DNA of 54,356 nt from a virus (taxonomy: Duplodnaviria; Caudoviricetes): IMG/VR virus record IMGVR_UViG_3300031949_000049, positions 1-54,356 of that record; one strand, given 5' to 3'. The notes under the pieces were generated by a model. It was given only the letters and a program-made list of their open reading frames with translations, was not told the DNA's origin and searched no databases. Position numbers and translations under genes: made by a program. This document shows positions 16,699-26,595 of the stretch, piece by piece (within the stretch, counting starts at the first letter, position 1; each line of letters opens with the position of its first letter).

Positions 16699-18590
16699 CA
16701 GAGTATCTCACACCCGCTGGCGGCGCAGGCGAGTTCTTGGGAACCGATCGTGGTGTCTATCTTCTCGAGGTCGAACAGGCGCTCCCACTCGACCGCCTTC
16801 GGGGTGTCGGCGAGGAGTTTCTTATACGACACGGCGTCGATCTCCTCGTAGGGCGCCTGCTTGTAGACGTGGTCGGTGTGGGGAAGGAAGCTAACCCCCG
16901 TCATCGTGTCGAAGTGTCCGTAGACCCATGCTCCTACCTCCATCCACTCGTGTTCTCGCACCGTGACGGTGATGGACGGATTGTGGTCGCACCAGAAGTC
17001 GCGATAGATCTTCCAGAGTTCGAGTTGGTCGATGGCGGACATGGCGTCCCGGAACACCGCGCCCTTCGGCGACTCGATGGGAAACTGGACCACGTAGGTG
17101 TGGTCGGGAGCCATGACGTCCGGCTCTACGTGGAAGCCGGCTTCGATCATCAGCTTGGCGAGAGGATCCTTGGAGTCCATGCGGGCCCTGCGGATGTAGA
17201 AGCGCGCATGCCTGGCGTGGATCCCCGAGCCTGAGTTGACGAGCTGGGACACAGTCCCCGACGGCTTGACGCAGGTGATCGCGGCGGATGGCTCGACGCC
17301 GAGCTTCTTGGCCCAGATCTCGTTAACCTCCCTCGCCTTCACCCTGAGCGCGGTGAGAAGGGCGCGGATGTCTCCCTTCTTCCCGTTCGTCAGCTCGTTG
17401 TCCATGATGCCAGTAAGCGACACGCCCAGGAGTCTCTCCTGGGTGCAATTGTCGATCCACTTCTTGGAAATGTACTTGAAATCCACGAGTGTGCTCTGCC
17501 ACGTCCCGATGATCGTGGCGAGCTCGACCTTCCTGAGAAGATCCTCCATCGTGTCCTCGGGTCGGATGACCACCTCAGACAGGTTGCAGAACTCCCTGTC
17601 GCGAAGGATGATTTCCCCACACGGGTTCGTCCCGAACTCATGGTTGGTGTCCCTGCCGATCTCGGCACACTTCTGACGGGCAGCCTCGCGGTTGAAGATC
17701 CCGCGCTCCCCAGATTTAGACTCGTAGAGTGCCTTCCACTCGTCCATGAAGACCCCAACCTCGGGTTTCTCAGTGTACGCGGCGCTGTTATTTGCCAGCC
17801 TTCGGTGCGGGTGGAGATCCCACCACTGACCGGACTTGGCGGTCCTCATGCGATCATCTGATAGGTTAGAGAGGGATATTAGTGCCGCCCTCCTGACCCC
17901 ACCGACTACGACGATGTCGGCGATCTTGCAGACGAGATCGTGTGCCTCAAGTGACGACATCTTTCGGCCAGCCGCCTTCTTGAAGAGATTGATGGTGAAG
18001 TGAAACAATTCGGTGAGGGGCTCTGGCCCCGACGCCCTCCCGCCGAACGTCACCAAGGGGGTGCCCGCGGGCCTCACCTTCGTCACGTCCCACGACGGGA
18101 TCTGGCCCTGGTAGAGGAGTGATATGAGTTCCTTGAGCGCCTTGGCCCAACCGAGCTTGGAATCCTGTACGTGTATGACGATGTCAGACTTGTGGAACTC
18201 TTCTGCGATCGTAGGAAGCTGGGACGTATGTTGGCGCTCTACGGAGAACCCCACCCCGGTCCCGCACATCAGGATGTATAGAAGCTCGTCGAACGCGGCG
18301 ACTCGATTGATGGCGAGGAACGAGCAGTTGTACGCCGCTATGTGGTCACGAGAGAGCGCGGGCCCGGCGGTCATCATGGTTCGCATCGACGGCATGATTT
18401 CCAGGTTGAGGATGCCCTCTCGGATCCTCGGTAGGACAGAGTTGGCAGGGGCGCCGATGTGGCCTGAGAAGAACTCCAGCCAGCGGTCGACGGTCTCCTC
18501 CCACGTCTCGCGCCGCCCCTTCTCCCAATTGAATCTAGAGTATCTGCTGAGGTGGACGTATGATTGGAATACGGTGGGAAGTGCGACCAT
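16698..18590 (-). CDS. nrdJ: class II (B12-dependent) ribonucleotide reductase
   Basis: MPSMR, YNC, GTGVGFS, VGGVRR.A, TNPCGEI, CNL.E, TCVKPSGT, C-terminal C...CEI. Confidence 0.95.
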   Translation of the reverse strand: MVALPTVFQSYVHLSRYSRFNWEKGRRETWEETVDRWLEFFSGHIGAPANSVLPRIREGILNLEIMPSMRTMMTAGPALSRDHIAAYNCSFLAINRVAAFDELLYILMCGTGVGFSVERQHTSQLPTIAEEFHKSDIVIHVQDSKLGWAKALKELISLLYQGQIPSWDVTKVRPAGTPLVTFGGRASGPEPLTELFHFTINLFKKAAGRKMSSLEAHDLVCKIADIVVVGGVRRAALISLSNLSDDRMRTAKSGQWWDLHPHRRLANNSAAYTEKPEVGVFMDEWKALYESKSGERGIFNREAARQKCAEIGRDTNHEFGTNPCGEIILRDREFCNLSEVVIRPEDTMEDLLRKVELATIIGTWQSTLVDFKYISKKWIDNCTQERLLGVSLTGIMDNELTNGKKGDIRALLTALRVKAREVNEIWAKKLGVEPSAAITCVKPSGTVSQLVNSGSGIHARHARFYIRRARMDSKDPLAKLMIEAGFHVEPDVMAPDHTYVVQFPIESPKGAVFRDAMSAIDQLELWKIYRDFWCDHNPSITVTVREHEWMEVGAWVYGHFDTMTGVSFLPHTDHVYKQAPYEEIDAVSYKKLLADTPKAVEWERLFDLEKIDTTIGSQELACAASGCEIL

Positions 18591-18616
18591 CCGGAACGCT
18601 CCTTATGTGTTGGTGA

Positions 18617-18886
18617 TTATAGTTGTTCTTTTTGATTGGCTTTGATGAGGATATTCGCAAGCCTGTCATAGCGAGCACGGCCCTCCTCGGTGGGCCTAAA
18701 ATGGTGTGTTAGCGAAGTACCGAGGCTGCCGATAAATGGGGCCGAATCCAGTTTGTACAAGAAACCGTCTTGGAGGAGGCGCACTATCATCGGATAAAAC
18801 TTCGACCTGTTGGGTGGAAAGGAGATCCCATACTGCAGGACGACGTGCTCATTTCCTAGTCGCTGAAACAGGGTGCTGGATTTCAT
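18617..18886 (-). CDS. small wHTH-like paralogue family member
   Basis: LLQDGF...P...FRPTEEG. Confidence 0.7.
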   Translation of the reverse strand: MKSSTLFQRLGNEHVVLQYGISFPPNRSKFYPMIVRLLQDGFLYKLDSAPFIGSLGTSLTHHFRPTEEGRARYDRLANILIKANQKEQL

Positions 18887-19173
18887 GAGATGATTGGCGC
18901 CCCTTGGAGTTTGAGTTCATAGCGCCTGAACTCTTGGATGATCATCTTCTGGCCGCCGTACATCAACCACGTCCAGGCATCGGCACCTTCCTTGGTGGCG
19001 GACAGACGTATCTTAACAAAGGGTCCGGGCACTGGGCTGTGATCGTTCAAGCGGAGCAATCCCAGGGATAAAAGCCTAGCGGCCTTGGCGCTGGAACCAA
19101 AATTATCCACGTATCCGTATCGAATGATCTCGAGATCATCTATGTCTAAGAACTCGGTCAACACCTTTTCCAC
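18883..19173 (-). CDS. small wHTH-like paralogue family member
   Basis: LLSLGL...SP...LSATKEG. Confidence 0.7.
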   Translation of the reverse strand: MEKVLTEFLDIDDLEIIRYGYVDNFGSSAKAARLLSLGLLRLNDHSPVPGPFVKIRLSATKEGADAWTWLMYGGQKMIIQEFRRYELKLQGAPIIS

Positions 19174-20183
19174 GCCGCGAACTCCATCCTTGCCTGCAGA
19201 CCCCGGAAGGTCCGCCTCTTTATTATCTCCAGTGGTCGCCTCCCGGCGAGTACCATCTCGTTGACGTCCTTCTCTGGGATGTCAGGCCAGATCACGATCT
19301 TTTCCCCCGCGGCGATGGACTTGGACATGATACCGACCAGCTGAGGACTCCTCGGCTCGTTGTCGTAGATCATGACCCTCTTGGGGATGCCGTCGAGTCG
19401 CCGGTTGGATGTTCCCATGGCAACGGCGTTCGGTAAGAATAAGGAGTCGATCGGGCCCTCTAGTACTAAGACGTCGTGGGTCGTGTCGATCCTGTCCATC
19501 CCGAACGCCGCCATGGGAACACCCTCGCCAGCGATCTTGATCGCTACATATTTAGGCTCCTCGCCGCGAATAGATCTGCCGGTGTAGCCACTTATATTTT
19601 TTTGTGCATCGCGAAGAGGAAATACTATGCGGCCGGCGTCGTGCCTGACCGCTCCGACGGAGAACTTCTCAGGGATGACGTTGGCGTTCACCCAGGCGAA
19701 GTACGAGTCAGTCCACCAGGCGTCGCCCATCCTCTGGGCGGGTATGCTCCTCCCGCCCCAGTAGACCACGGCGTCGTGTTCCTTGGGCAGGTCGCTGAGG
19801 CGCACGAGACCGACGGGCTCTCGCTGCCTTGGTGCGTCGTTGGGCACGGCCTCTCTGCTTCTGTCGGCGGACTCGGTGAAGGAGCGCTTCGCCGGATCCT
19901 GACGGAAGTATTCCGAGGAGTATTCCTCGAAGAGGCGGGTGTTGACGATCTTGAGGAGCTTCCTGAGGGTCGTCCCCTCGGAGCAGTTGTGGCACTTGAA
20001 GAGGACGGAGCCGTCGGGAACTCGGTAAACGTATCCCCTCGCCTTGGTCTTGCTCTTCTTGGAGTCGCCGCAGATGGGGCACCGAAAGTTGACCTGGAGC
20101 GGGCTGTGGCTGATGACCTTGAATCGGTCGACGTGGCCGGACAGCAGCATGACGTACTTGTCGTCGATCCACGGGAGATTCAT
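19158..20183 (-). CDS. 61: T4 gp61-like DNA primase
   Basis: NFRCPICGDS.K.K.KARG, FKCHNC, EGPIDSLF, DNEPR, KD.NEM. Confidence 0.95.
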   Translation of the reverse strand: MNLPWIDDKYVMLLSGHVDRFKVISHSPLQVNFRCPICGDSKKSKTKARGYVYRVPDGSVLFKCHNCSEGTTLRKLLKIVNTRLFEEYSSEYFRQDPAKRSFTESADRSREAVPNDAPRQREPVGLVRLSDLPKEHDAVVYWGGRSIPAQRMGDAWWTDSYFAWVNANVIPEKFSVGAVRHDAGRIVFPLRDAQKNISGYTGRSIRGEEPKYVAIKIAGEGVPMAAFGMDRIDTTHDVLVLEGPIDSLFLPNAVAMGTSNRRLDGIPKRVMIYDNEPRSPQLVGIMSKSIAAGEKIVIWPDIPEKDVNEMVLAGRRPLEIIKRRTFRGLQARMEFAAWKRC

Positions 20184-20416
20184 TTATTGAGGAATCCTCG
20201 GGCGAGACGCCTTGCCTCGGCACGACCCTCCTCCGTCCTGATAAAGTGTTGGTTCGCGTTACCCAGTGGATAGCGATCGATTTGTACATACCATCCGTTG
20301 GCTACGTAGTCTGCGAATTTAGGATCGTATTTCCTGAAGTTCCAGTAGATAGAACTCAAGACCACGAAAGGGCTATGGTTTTGAAAATGACTGGTGTTGC
20401 TATGTCCAAAATTCAT
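20180..20416 (-). CDS. small wHTH-like paralogue family member
   Basis: YVANGWY...P...FIRTEEG. Confidence 0.75.
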   Translation of the reverse strand: MNFGHSNTSHFQNHSPFVVLSSIYWNFRKYDPKFADYVANGWYVQIDRYPLGNANQHFIRTEEGRAEARRLARGFLNK

Positions 20417-20658
20417 AGGAGGACGCCTCTGTCCTTCTTCTTAGTTTTTTTCCAGAGTTCCTGATGGCCCTCCTTGGTGCGATAAAAGTCCTGGTAGGGA
20501 TGGCCAGGTTTCCGCTCCCACCTAACGAACCACCCATTCTCGAGATACCTGTCGAATCGTGGGTCGTGATCATAGAAAAACAGCCAGGTCCTCCTAAGGA
20601 TATCCCTATGCTTAGTGGAAATCACCGTGTTGCCGTTATACCACTTATTGCCGATCAT
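20413..20658 (-). CDS. small wHTH-like paralogue family member
   Basis: YLENGWF...P...FYRTKEG. Confidence 0.75.
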   Translation of the reverse strand: MIGNKWYNGNTVISTKHRDILRRTWLFFYDHDPRFDRYLENGWFVRWERKPGHPYQDFYRTKEGHQELWKKTKKKDRGVLL

Positions 20659-20867
20659 CTGCTGCTCAGTCTGTGATATTCATCGGTGCCCTCTCGTGTC
20701 CTCCCGCAGCACCGTGATGGGTGCATGTAAAGACCCACGGGAGAAGCCGTGCACATGACGAACCATCCGTTGGTGATGAATCTCTCCATGACGTCTTTGG
20801 TATAGTGGTGCGTGTCGATATTCACGTGGATCTGCTCGAGGATCTCAAGATCGGTGGGTCTCATCAT
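20655..20867 (-). CDS. small wHTH-like paralogue family member
   Basis: FITNGWF...SP...GRTREG; AAGGAG RBS. Confidence 0.75.
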   Translation of the reverse strand: MMRPTDLEILEQIHVNIDTHHYTKDVMERFITNGWFVMCTASPVGLYMHPSRCCGRTREGTDEYHRLSSR

Positions 20868-20877
20868 TTAGAACTCC

Positions 20878-21171
20878 TTATGGCAAGTCCCATGTGTCCC
20901 TCCCCAAGATACCTATGGCCCCAGAGTGAGCATAGCCTATATGGGTCTGGCCCTGTTTCTCAATGAGCCGATCAAGTTCCTTAAATCCTTCATCCGTGCG
21001 GATGAAGTAGTGAGTACTAAACATAGGCATTATATCTAACATCATGAACCATCCGTTGGACAGGAATCTTTCAAAGCCAGGATGATATGACTCGGCCATT
21101 ATGCACTGGGTCTTCAGGACCGTGATGTCGTCCGGCAAGTCTTTTGGTGGGGAGGATCTCTTGTTGGCCAT
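20878..21171 (-). CDS. small wHTH-like paralogue family member
   Basis: FLSNGWF...P...FIRTDEG; start uncertain. Confidence 0.7.
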   Translation of the reverse strand: MANKRSSPPKDLPDDITVLKTQCIMAESYHPGFERFLSNGWFMMLDIMPMFSTHYFIRTDEGFKELDRLIEKQGQTHIGYAHSGAIGILGRDTWDLP

Positions 21172-21251
21172 TATGATGGTACCCAAAGATGTATGGCAGG
21201 AGATCTTATATAAGCCCAAGCTGGGGCAGCTGTCAAGGCCACCAGAAGATT

Positions 21252-21518
21252 TTAATGGCTGTTGCCACCCTCGCCAGGGTGCCTGTTGAACTTGGTCGGC
21301 CTCTTTTCTCCCCTTCGATAGAATTCTCTATCGATAGCCTCCTCCTCGGGTGACTTGCGCTTGAGGATCTTTGGCAGCAGGTACTTATAGAAGGACTGCA
21401 TGATCACCGCGATGAATCCGGCGACGAAGGCCGGGCTTCGAAAATTCTTCCACATGGCCAGGCCAACGACGGCCAGCAGGAACAGACCCGCCACCCAGAG
21501 AAACCACGTCATGTCCAT
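21252..21518 (-). CDS. small membrane protein
   Basis: two TM segments and basic C-tail (holin-like architecture, unproven). Confidence 0.7.
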   Translation of the reverse strand: MDMTWFLWVAGLFLLAVVGLAMWKNFRSPAFVAGFIAVIMQSFYKYLLPKILKRKSPEEEAIDREFYRRGEKRPTKFNRHPGEGGNSH

Positions 21519-21973
21519 ATCCCCTTCTTTTTCCTGCGATAGAGTATCTTTCGTCTCTTAGCCGGCGGGTCTGAACCAGGAGGAATGCCCATCCCGGCAA
21601 CCTGCCCGCTACCCGCGCTGTTGGTCGGTGCGTCGTCGACGAGGAGCTGCGTCTCGAGGATGACTGCCACCACCTCGCTTATCTCCTCCATGTTGACCGG
21701 CTTCCCATTCTCCTCCTTGACGAGGTAGAGGGCCGCGGCCATGCTGGCGATCGTTGTGTTGCCGCCGGGAAGCTTTCCGATGAGCTTCTTGATGTTGGCG
21801 ACCATGAGATCAAAGATGCCAAAGACGGCTTTTTGTTCCGGCGTGAGTTCAGAGCGCTTCTTGAGCAACTTGCCGTCGGCGTCGATGACGCCCATGCGAA
21901 ATGCCGGCCACAGCTTGAACGGGAGGGCGAGCCTCTTGAGGAACTGGTAGGTGAGTATGGCGTCTAGGATCAT
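21509..21973 (-). CDS. T4 gp61.1-like conserved hypothetical protein
   Basis: YQF.K.L..PF..WPA...G.ID..G; located upstream of primase. Confidence 0.75.
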   Translation of the reverse strand: MILDAILTYQFLKRLALPFKLWPAFRMGVIDADGKLLKKRSELTPEQKAVFGIFDLMVANIKKLIGKLPGGNTTIASMAAALYLVKEENGKPVNMEEISEVVAVILETQLLVDDAPTNSAGSGQVAGMGIPPGSDPPAKRRKILYRRKKKGIWT

Positions 21974-22218
21974 GGTATCTTCTCAGCTGTCTTGTGTGTT
22001 TGAACTAACCATTCTGCTGCAGCCTTCTTAGATGGGTGTTCCCTCTTCATGCTCCAGTGTTTAGAATACGCCACGTAAGATTTCTTAGTTAGTGGTGTCT
22101 TGTTCTTTTTTTCCATAAAGTTGCCGATGTGTTTTCCATCGTAGTGCACCCCGATGACTGATCCGTCAGGAACTATCTTATAGTCTTTTGCTTCGCTGAA
22201 TTCCCTGAATCTTTTCAT
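21970..22218 (-). CDS. probable internal head protein
   Basis: N-terminus MKRFREFSEA resembles the T4 capsid-targeting sequence. Confidence 0.6.
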   Translation of the reverse strand: MKRFREFSEAKDYKIVPDGSVIGVHYDGKHIGNFMEKKNKTPLTKKSYVAYSKHWSMKREHPSKKAAAEWLVQTHKTAEKIP

Positions 22219-22595
22219 ATTTGCCTCAGCGCGTCTACGATGGTGTCGTCCATCACTATGTCGCTGTCCTTCACCGTCTTGCCCAGGACCTCTATCGACT
22301 CGGGCATCTGACCGATGAGGATGAGGAAAGGCTTCACGTACGGTTCCAGCCCCCGCATCTTGAGGAACAGCATCTTGGTCGCCGCCTCGGACCCGAAGAG
22401 GTTGTAGATGATGGTGATGTGATTGAGGATCAAGCGCTCCTTCAACTCACCGGTATCTACATATCGATTTATAAGGCGCTTGAGGTACTTGAAGTGCTTC
22501 ATGTCCTCCTGGAACTCCTCTACGCTTTCACAATTACGGTTATCGTAATGTTTCATCGCGTAATGGATGAAGTTCTCGTCCCGGAGGATCCCCAT
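22215..22595 (-). CDS. conserved T4-like hypothetical protein
   Basis: NF..YA.KHYDN..C...EEF.ED....KY.KRL..RY...GEL.ERLILNH. Confidence 0.88.
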   Translation of the reverse strand: MGILRDENFIHYAMKHYDNRNCESVEEFQEDMKHFKYLKRLINRYVDTGELKERLILNHITIIYNLFGSEAATKMLFLKMRGLEPYVKPFLILIGQMPESIEVLGKTVKDSDIVMDDTIVDALRQI

Positions 22596-22608
22596 GATTA
22601 TACTAGAC

Positions 22609-23001
22609 TTAGAACGTTGCGATAGCTACGCGCTTATAATGCGTCGCGTTGGCCTGCGCGTAGAGGAACGATCCGTCGGACCAGAACTTCCCGATGTCTG
22701 CCGCGGTGACGGAGTCTGTCGAGGAGGACGGGGTCGTGGTCTTCTTGACGAGAAAATTGTTGGCCACCACGTACTTGATGGTGTCAGCTGAGACGTTGCC
22801 CGCGAAGGTCGCCGCGTTTGCCGTCAGCTCACCGATGATCGCTACGTTGGCGGCGAAGGAGGTGTTAGACGGGATGGAGTTGACGAGGTTGGCCACGGTG
22901 ATCTTGTACGTGGTCGGTCCGGCCATGTCGACGACGATGATGAGGTCGTCCGCAGTAACGCCCGTCTGGGCACTCAGGTCTGTGATCTTCTTAGATGCCA
23001 C
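22609..23001 (-). CDS. virion structural/fibre-associated protein
   Basis: KKITDL.......DDL...VD....TYKI; C-terminal DGSFLY......KRVAI; GTG start after GGAG. Confidence 0.7.
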   Translation of the reverse strand: MASKKITDLSAQTGVTADDLIIVVDMAGPTTYKITVANLVNSIPSNTSFAANVAIIGELTANAATFAGNVSADTIKYVVANNFLVKKTTTPSSSTDSVTAADIGKFWSDGSFLYAQANATHYKRVAIATF

Positions 23002-23227
23002 TTAGGTTCTCCATTAACAGTGATCGAAACAAAATCCCCCGGCGACCGTGAGGAATAGGAATATCACGATTGCCGCCGCGGCGATGATTGCTATTTGTTT
23101 CCAAGTTACCACGTCGTCACCACGTCAGTCGCGTGCGTGGGTATCGGACTGGCTTCCGTCCTGGATGCCATTTCTCCCGGCCCGCAGGCGAAGAGGACGA
23201 AGATTCCATATGCTATGAGCTTGCTCA

Positions 23228-23935
23228 TCATGTATCCGGGAAGATCGTGTCTTCGGCGTCGCCTGCCATGTTGCCCTTGAACACGACCAGGTTGTCGTGA
23301 TAGAAGCGCCCGGCGAGTCCAGCCAGCACCTTGGTGAAGGTGAGGTTCTGACCAGCCGAGGTGGTGACGGTGGTGTTGGAGGTGATGGTGAAGCCCGATC
23401 CGCCCCCGTTGTTCGGGTTGATCGAGAGGACTATGCCTGCCACGCCGTAGGCCGCGGCCGCGTTTGAGGTGGACCAAGTCGAGGTAATGTTGAGGAAGGA
23501 CGAATTGACCACCTTGTTGATGGTGCGGGTGTTGGCGAAGGACGAGTTCGTGTAGACGAAGATATTGTCTCCGTTGGCGAAGGTGGTGAGTAGCGAGGCA
23601 CCACCGGTAGCGGTGGCGTTCGCCGCGGCAGATACTACCGCGAGTGTTGAACCAGTGACGTTGGCCCCGAATCCGACGACCACGTTGGCCGTCGCGTTGA
23701 CGACTCCTACGGTGCCGTTACCGTCGATCGTAATGACGTCTGCATTGGTGTAGCCAGAGCCACCGTTGACCAGGGTCAGGTCGACCGACCCGGTACCGAT
23801 AGTAACGTTGACCCATCCCGGGGAGACGGACCTACCTGAGACCTGGGCCTCGGCCCGATCAACGCCGTAGACCACGGCCGAGTTGGCATACTTCGGGCGA
23901 CCCGTCGGGTCGTCGTTCGCTGTCCAGAGTGGCAT
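23228..23935 (-). CDS. virion structural protein
   Basis: MPLW...GWV..., GGSGYT, N/T/G/A-rich, ends GDAED..FPD; GATAAATA late-like box upstream. Confidence 0.75.
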   Translation of the reverse strand: MPLWTANDDPTGRPKYANSAVVYGVDRAEAQVSGRSVSPGWVNVTIGTGSVDLTLVNGGSGYTNADVITIDGNGTVGVVNATANVVVGFGANVTGSTLAVVSAAANATATGGASLLTTFANGDNIFVYTNSSFANTRTINKVVNSSFLNITSTWSTSNAAAAYGVAGIVLSINPNNGGGSGFTITSNTTVTTSAGQNLTFTKVLAGLAGRFYHDNLVVFKGNMAGDAEDTIFPDT

Positions 23936-23967
23936 CTATCTTTCTCCCGTATTCTTTTTGTTATTTA

Positions 23968-24750
23968 TCAATAGTTATCGTCATCGCGATCAAGCGGTGG
24001 ATTCTTAGTAATCTTCTTCATGGCCAGGGCGAGACCCTTCTTGCGCTTCTTCAGGGTCTTCAATGCCGTCTTATCGTTCTTATTGCGCATCGCCCTAGAT
24101 ATGCCGTTGTCCTGGGCCGCGCCGGTAAAACTGGCGGCGGCCTTCGGAATGTAGTCTCGCAACGTCAGCTTAGAGATCTCGTTGAACGCTCCGAATGACT
24201 CAACCTTGGGCTTGGTGTCGATGACCGACGCCCGGAGACCAGTGTCGGTCTCCCCATCGGGTTTCTCGTCATCGTCTCCCCCGCCTGACTTGGAGGCTAT
24301 GAGTGCCTTTAGGTCACCGATCGTGATGGCGCGCGAGTCATCAGAATCACTCCCAGAGGACCTGTCGCCGTCGTCGCCTTTGTCATCCCTATCCCGCCCA
24401 GAATCGTCATCCCGCGAGCCGCTCCCGCCGTCTTCTTTATCATCTTTATCATTGGAAGAGGAGGAGCGGTCATCCTGGCCGGATCTCGAGGAGTCGTCAC
24501 CGTCAGACTTTTTCTTGAAGTTGTCACTTCCTGAATCGTTCTCACCGGAATCATTGCCGTCACCGTCGCGCTTGAACGAAGAAGCCTTCTTATCGAGCTT
24601 CTTATCGCCGCTGGAATCGTCCTGGTCGTCACGCTTGAAGGAGGCGTCGTTATCGTCTCCCTCGCCGTCGCGGTTGGATGAGGGCTTCTTGTCATCCTCG
24701 TCGTCATCCCGATTCTTAAAATTTGATGGTTTCTTGTCGAGTTTTCCCAT
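23968..24750 (-). CDS. acidic low-complexity late protein (possible head internal/core protein)
   Basis: D/S/G/R-rich repeats; EISK.TL..Y..KA; TATAAATA at 24759-24766. Confidence 0.7.
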   Translation of the reverse strand: MGKLDKKPSNFKNRDDDEDDKKPSSNRDGEGDDNDASFKRDDQDDSSGDKKLDKKASSFKRDGDGNDSGENDSGSDNFKKKSDGDDSSRSGQDDRSSSSNDKDDKEDGGSGSRDDDSGRDRDDKGDDGDRSSGSDSDDSRAITIGDLKALIASKSGGGDDDEKPDGETDTGLRASVIDTKPKVESFGAFNEISKLTLRDYIPKAAASFTGAAQDNGISRAMRNKNDKTALKTLKKRKKGLALAMKKITKNPPLDRDDDNY

Positions 24751-24761
24751 GGTAAAGCTAT

Positions 24762-25481
24762 TTATATACGAACCTTGAACGCAACGCGGGTAGCACCGGC
24801 GGAGGCACCCCCGTAGGTGTCCAATGCCGCCTGGCGGAGGTTGGGAAACCTCGGCTGGAGGAGGACGTTGGTCCCGAACCCGGTGTAGTAGAAGTTGACC
24901 GAGTCGCGGCTCTTGTCGTGGATCGCGAAGTAACTGTCGCGGCTCACCTTGAGATTCCCGAGGATGATCGCCCTGGCCGCCTTGAGGACGTATGGGTCGG
25001 TGGTGAGGAATTCCTTCGGGAGCTTACCTGACGAGCTGCTGTTCGAGTCCTCGGCCAGGCCGACCGTCCCGTCTACGTGATCTCGGAAGAAGTCTAGCAG
25101 ACCCAAGAAGTCGGATGGGTATCCTTCTATCGACATGAGCCTCCTCACCGAGGCGCCTCCCAGCGACAGGGTGGAGATGTATGCCTCGGTTATGTTCTCG
25201 ATATCCTTGGGGACGCTGTGGCGCCTGACTGACTTGTCGAAGATGGGGATGAGTTTGGCGTGGTCCTTGATGCCCTTCACCTCGATGCCGAACTCGGTGC
25301 CGTTGACCCTCACGACGACGTCGCTGTCCTTCTGACCGTAGGAGGCGGTAGACACCACCTTGAGGTCTAGGCCTACGTCCTCGGCGATCGAGATCGCGTA
25401 CATCGCCACCACGTCCTGGGAGGCGAGTCCCGTCTTGGCACGGCGGAGTTTCTTGCGGAAGTAGCGAGGTTCTATGGCCAC
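24762..25481 (-). CDS. putative PD-(D/E)XK restriction-like nuclease
   Basis: SDVVV......IEVK. Confidence 0.6.
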   Translation of the reverse strand: MAIEPRYFRKKLRRAKTGLASQDVVAMYAISIAEDVGLDLKVVSTASYGQKDSDVVVRVNGTEFGIEVKGIKDHAKLIPIFDKSVRRHSVPKDIENITEAYISTLSLGGASVRRLMSIEGYPSDFLGLLDFFRDHVDGTVGLAEDSNSSSSGKLPKEFLTTDPYVLKAARAIILGNLKVSRDSYFAIHDKSRDSVNFYYTGFGTNVLLQPRFPNLRQAALDTYGGASAGATRVAFKVRI

Positions 25482-25484
25482 TCA

Positions 25485-25682
25485 TTATTTAGGATCATTG
25501 AGAGTGATACGTTCAACCCCTTCCGAAGACGTTACCACGTATGAGTGATAGATGCAGGGGTTTGAATCGAATCTCCAGACCCAACCGTTCTCAAGGCACA
25601 CCTGAACGACTTTGGGGTGGTGGTAAGAGACGTCGGCGACTCCCTGCTTAAGCAACTTGTTTATTCTTCTATTTGTTGTCAT
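25485..25682 (-). CDS. small wHTH-like paralogue family member
   Basis: CLENGWV...NP...VTSSEG. Confidence 0.7.
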   Translation of the reverse strand: MTTNRRINKLLKQGVADVSYHHPKVVQVCLENGWVWRFDSNPCIYHSYVVTSSEGVERITLNDPK

Positions 25683-26337
25683 GGCTCTTCTGTGGAAGGA
25701 ACAAGGCATCATTCATATATCGCATCGGAGGACCGTATCCCGCCTTGGTGAGTCCAGCTATGAGTTGCTCATCTGGTGCCTCTACGATTATGACGGGCTT
25801 GAACTTCTTAATGGTCCTGGTCGCGCCGTTGAGGACACGGTTCTCGTATCCTTCGACGTCAAGAAAGATCAGATCAACCCCGTTCTCCCAGCTGAACGAG
25901 TCGATCGTCAGGGTCGGAATGTATCCCTGCGGCCCGCCGTCCGCGCTGATCTTTGTCTCGCCGACGTTGAGAGGCGAGGCCCGATCGACGGTGATCATCT
26001 TAGGCTTCTCACCCAGCGCTGCCTGGAAACAGAGCACGTTCTCGGCCGGGTTGTTGAGCGACAAGACGTAGAAATTCGTGGGGTCCGGCTCGAAGGTGTA
26101 GACCGTCTGAAACATGCGCGACAACAACCGGGGATACATCCCCAGGTTGCCTCCGGCCTGGATGCACGTCCTCCGCATCTTCACGTGGCTGTTGATGGCC
26201 TGCTTGTGCTCAGGCCAGTCCCTCTCAGTATACTTCCATGAACCGACGTCGGTCTCTATCCAGAACCACTCGTGAACGCCGTCAACTGACCTTTTTGGAT
26301 AGAACTTTATCTCGGCGGTACCTACTTTTATTCGCAT
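25669..26337 (-). CDS. FkbM-family methyltransferase
   Basis: IQAGGNLG.Y, FEPD, AALG, LDVEGYE..VL.GA..TI....PVI. Confidence 0.9.
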   Translation of the reverse strand: MRIKVGTAEIKFYPKRSVDGVHEWFWIETDVGSWKYTERDWPEHKQAINSHVKMRRTCIQAGGNLGMYPRLLSRMFQTVYTFEPDPTNFYVLSLNNPAENVLCFQAALGEKPKMITVDRASPLNVGETKISADGGPQGYIPTLTIDSFSWENGVDLIFLDVEGYENRVLNGATRTIKKFKPVIIVEAPDEQLIAGLTKAGYGPPMRYMNDALFLPQKSHDNK

Positions 26338-26591
26338 CTTATGTGCCGTCCCTGTTTACACAGGACTGAGGCGCGTTTTATTCCTTCCTCTGTTGCCACT
26401 ATTAACGAAGCATTTCTGTATCTACTGGGATTTTTATCCTGTAGCCGGACCCAACCGTCCTCAAGGCATTTTTGAACGATGTGTGATTCATAGTCGGCGG
26501 GAAGGACGATACCAGTCTTAAGAAGATGAATTATGGCGTTGTTATCGTGAACGAATCTTAAGGGAAAACGAGGTGAAAAATCATAGCTCAT
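26328..26591 (-). CDS. small wHTH-like paralogue family member
   Basis: CLEDGWV...NP...VATEEG. Confidence 0.7.
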   Translation of the reverse strand: MSYDFSPRFPLRFVHDNNAIIHLLKTGIVLPADYESHIVQKCLEDGWVRLQDKNPSRYRNASLIVATEEGIKRASVLCKQGRHIRCE

Positions 26592-26595
26592 GTTG

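Noticed and set aside
16698-18590. Intron or intein in nrdJ
   Set aside because: The frame is continuous and of normal length; the adjacent endonuclease is free-standing.
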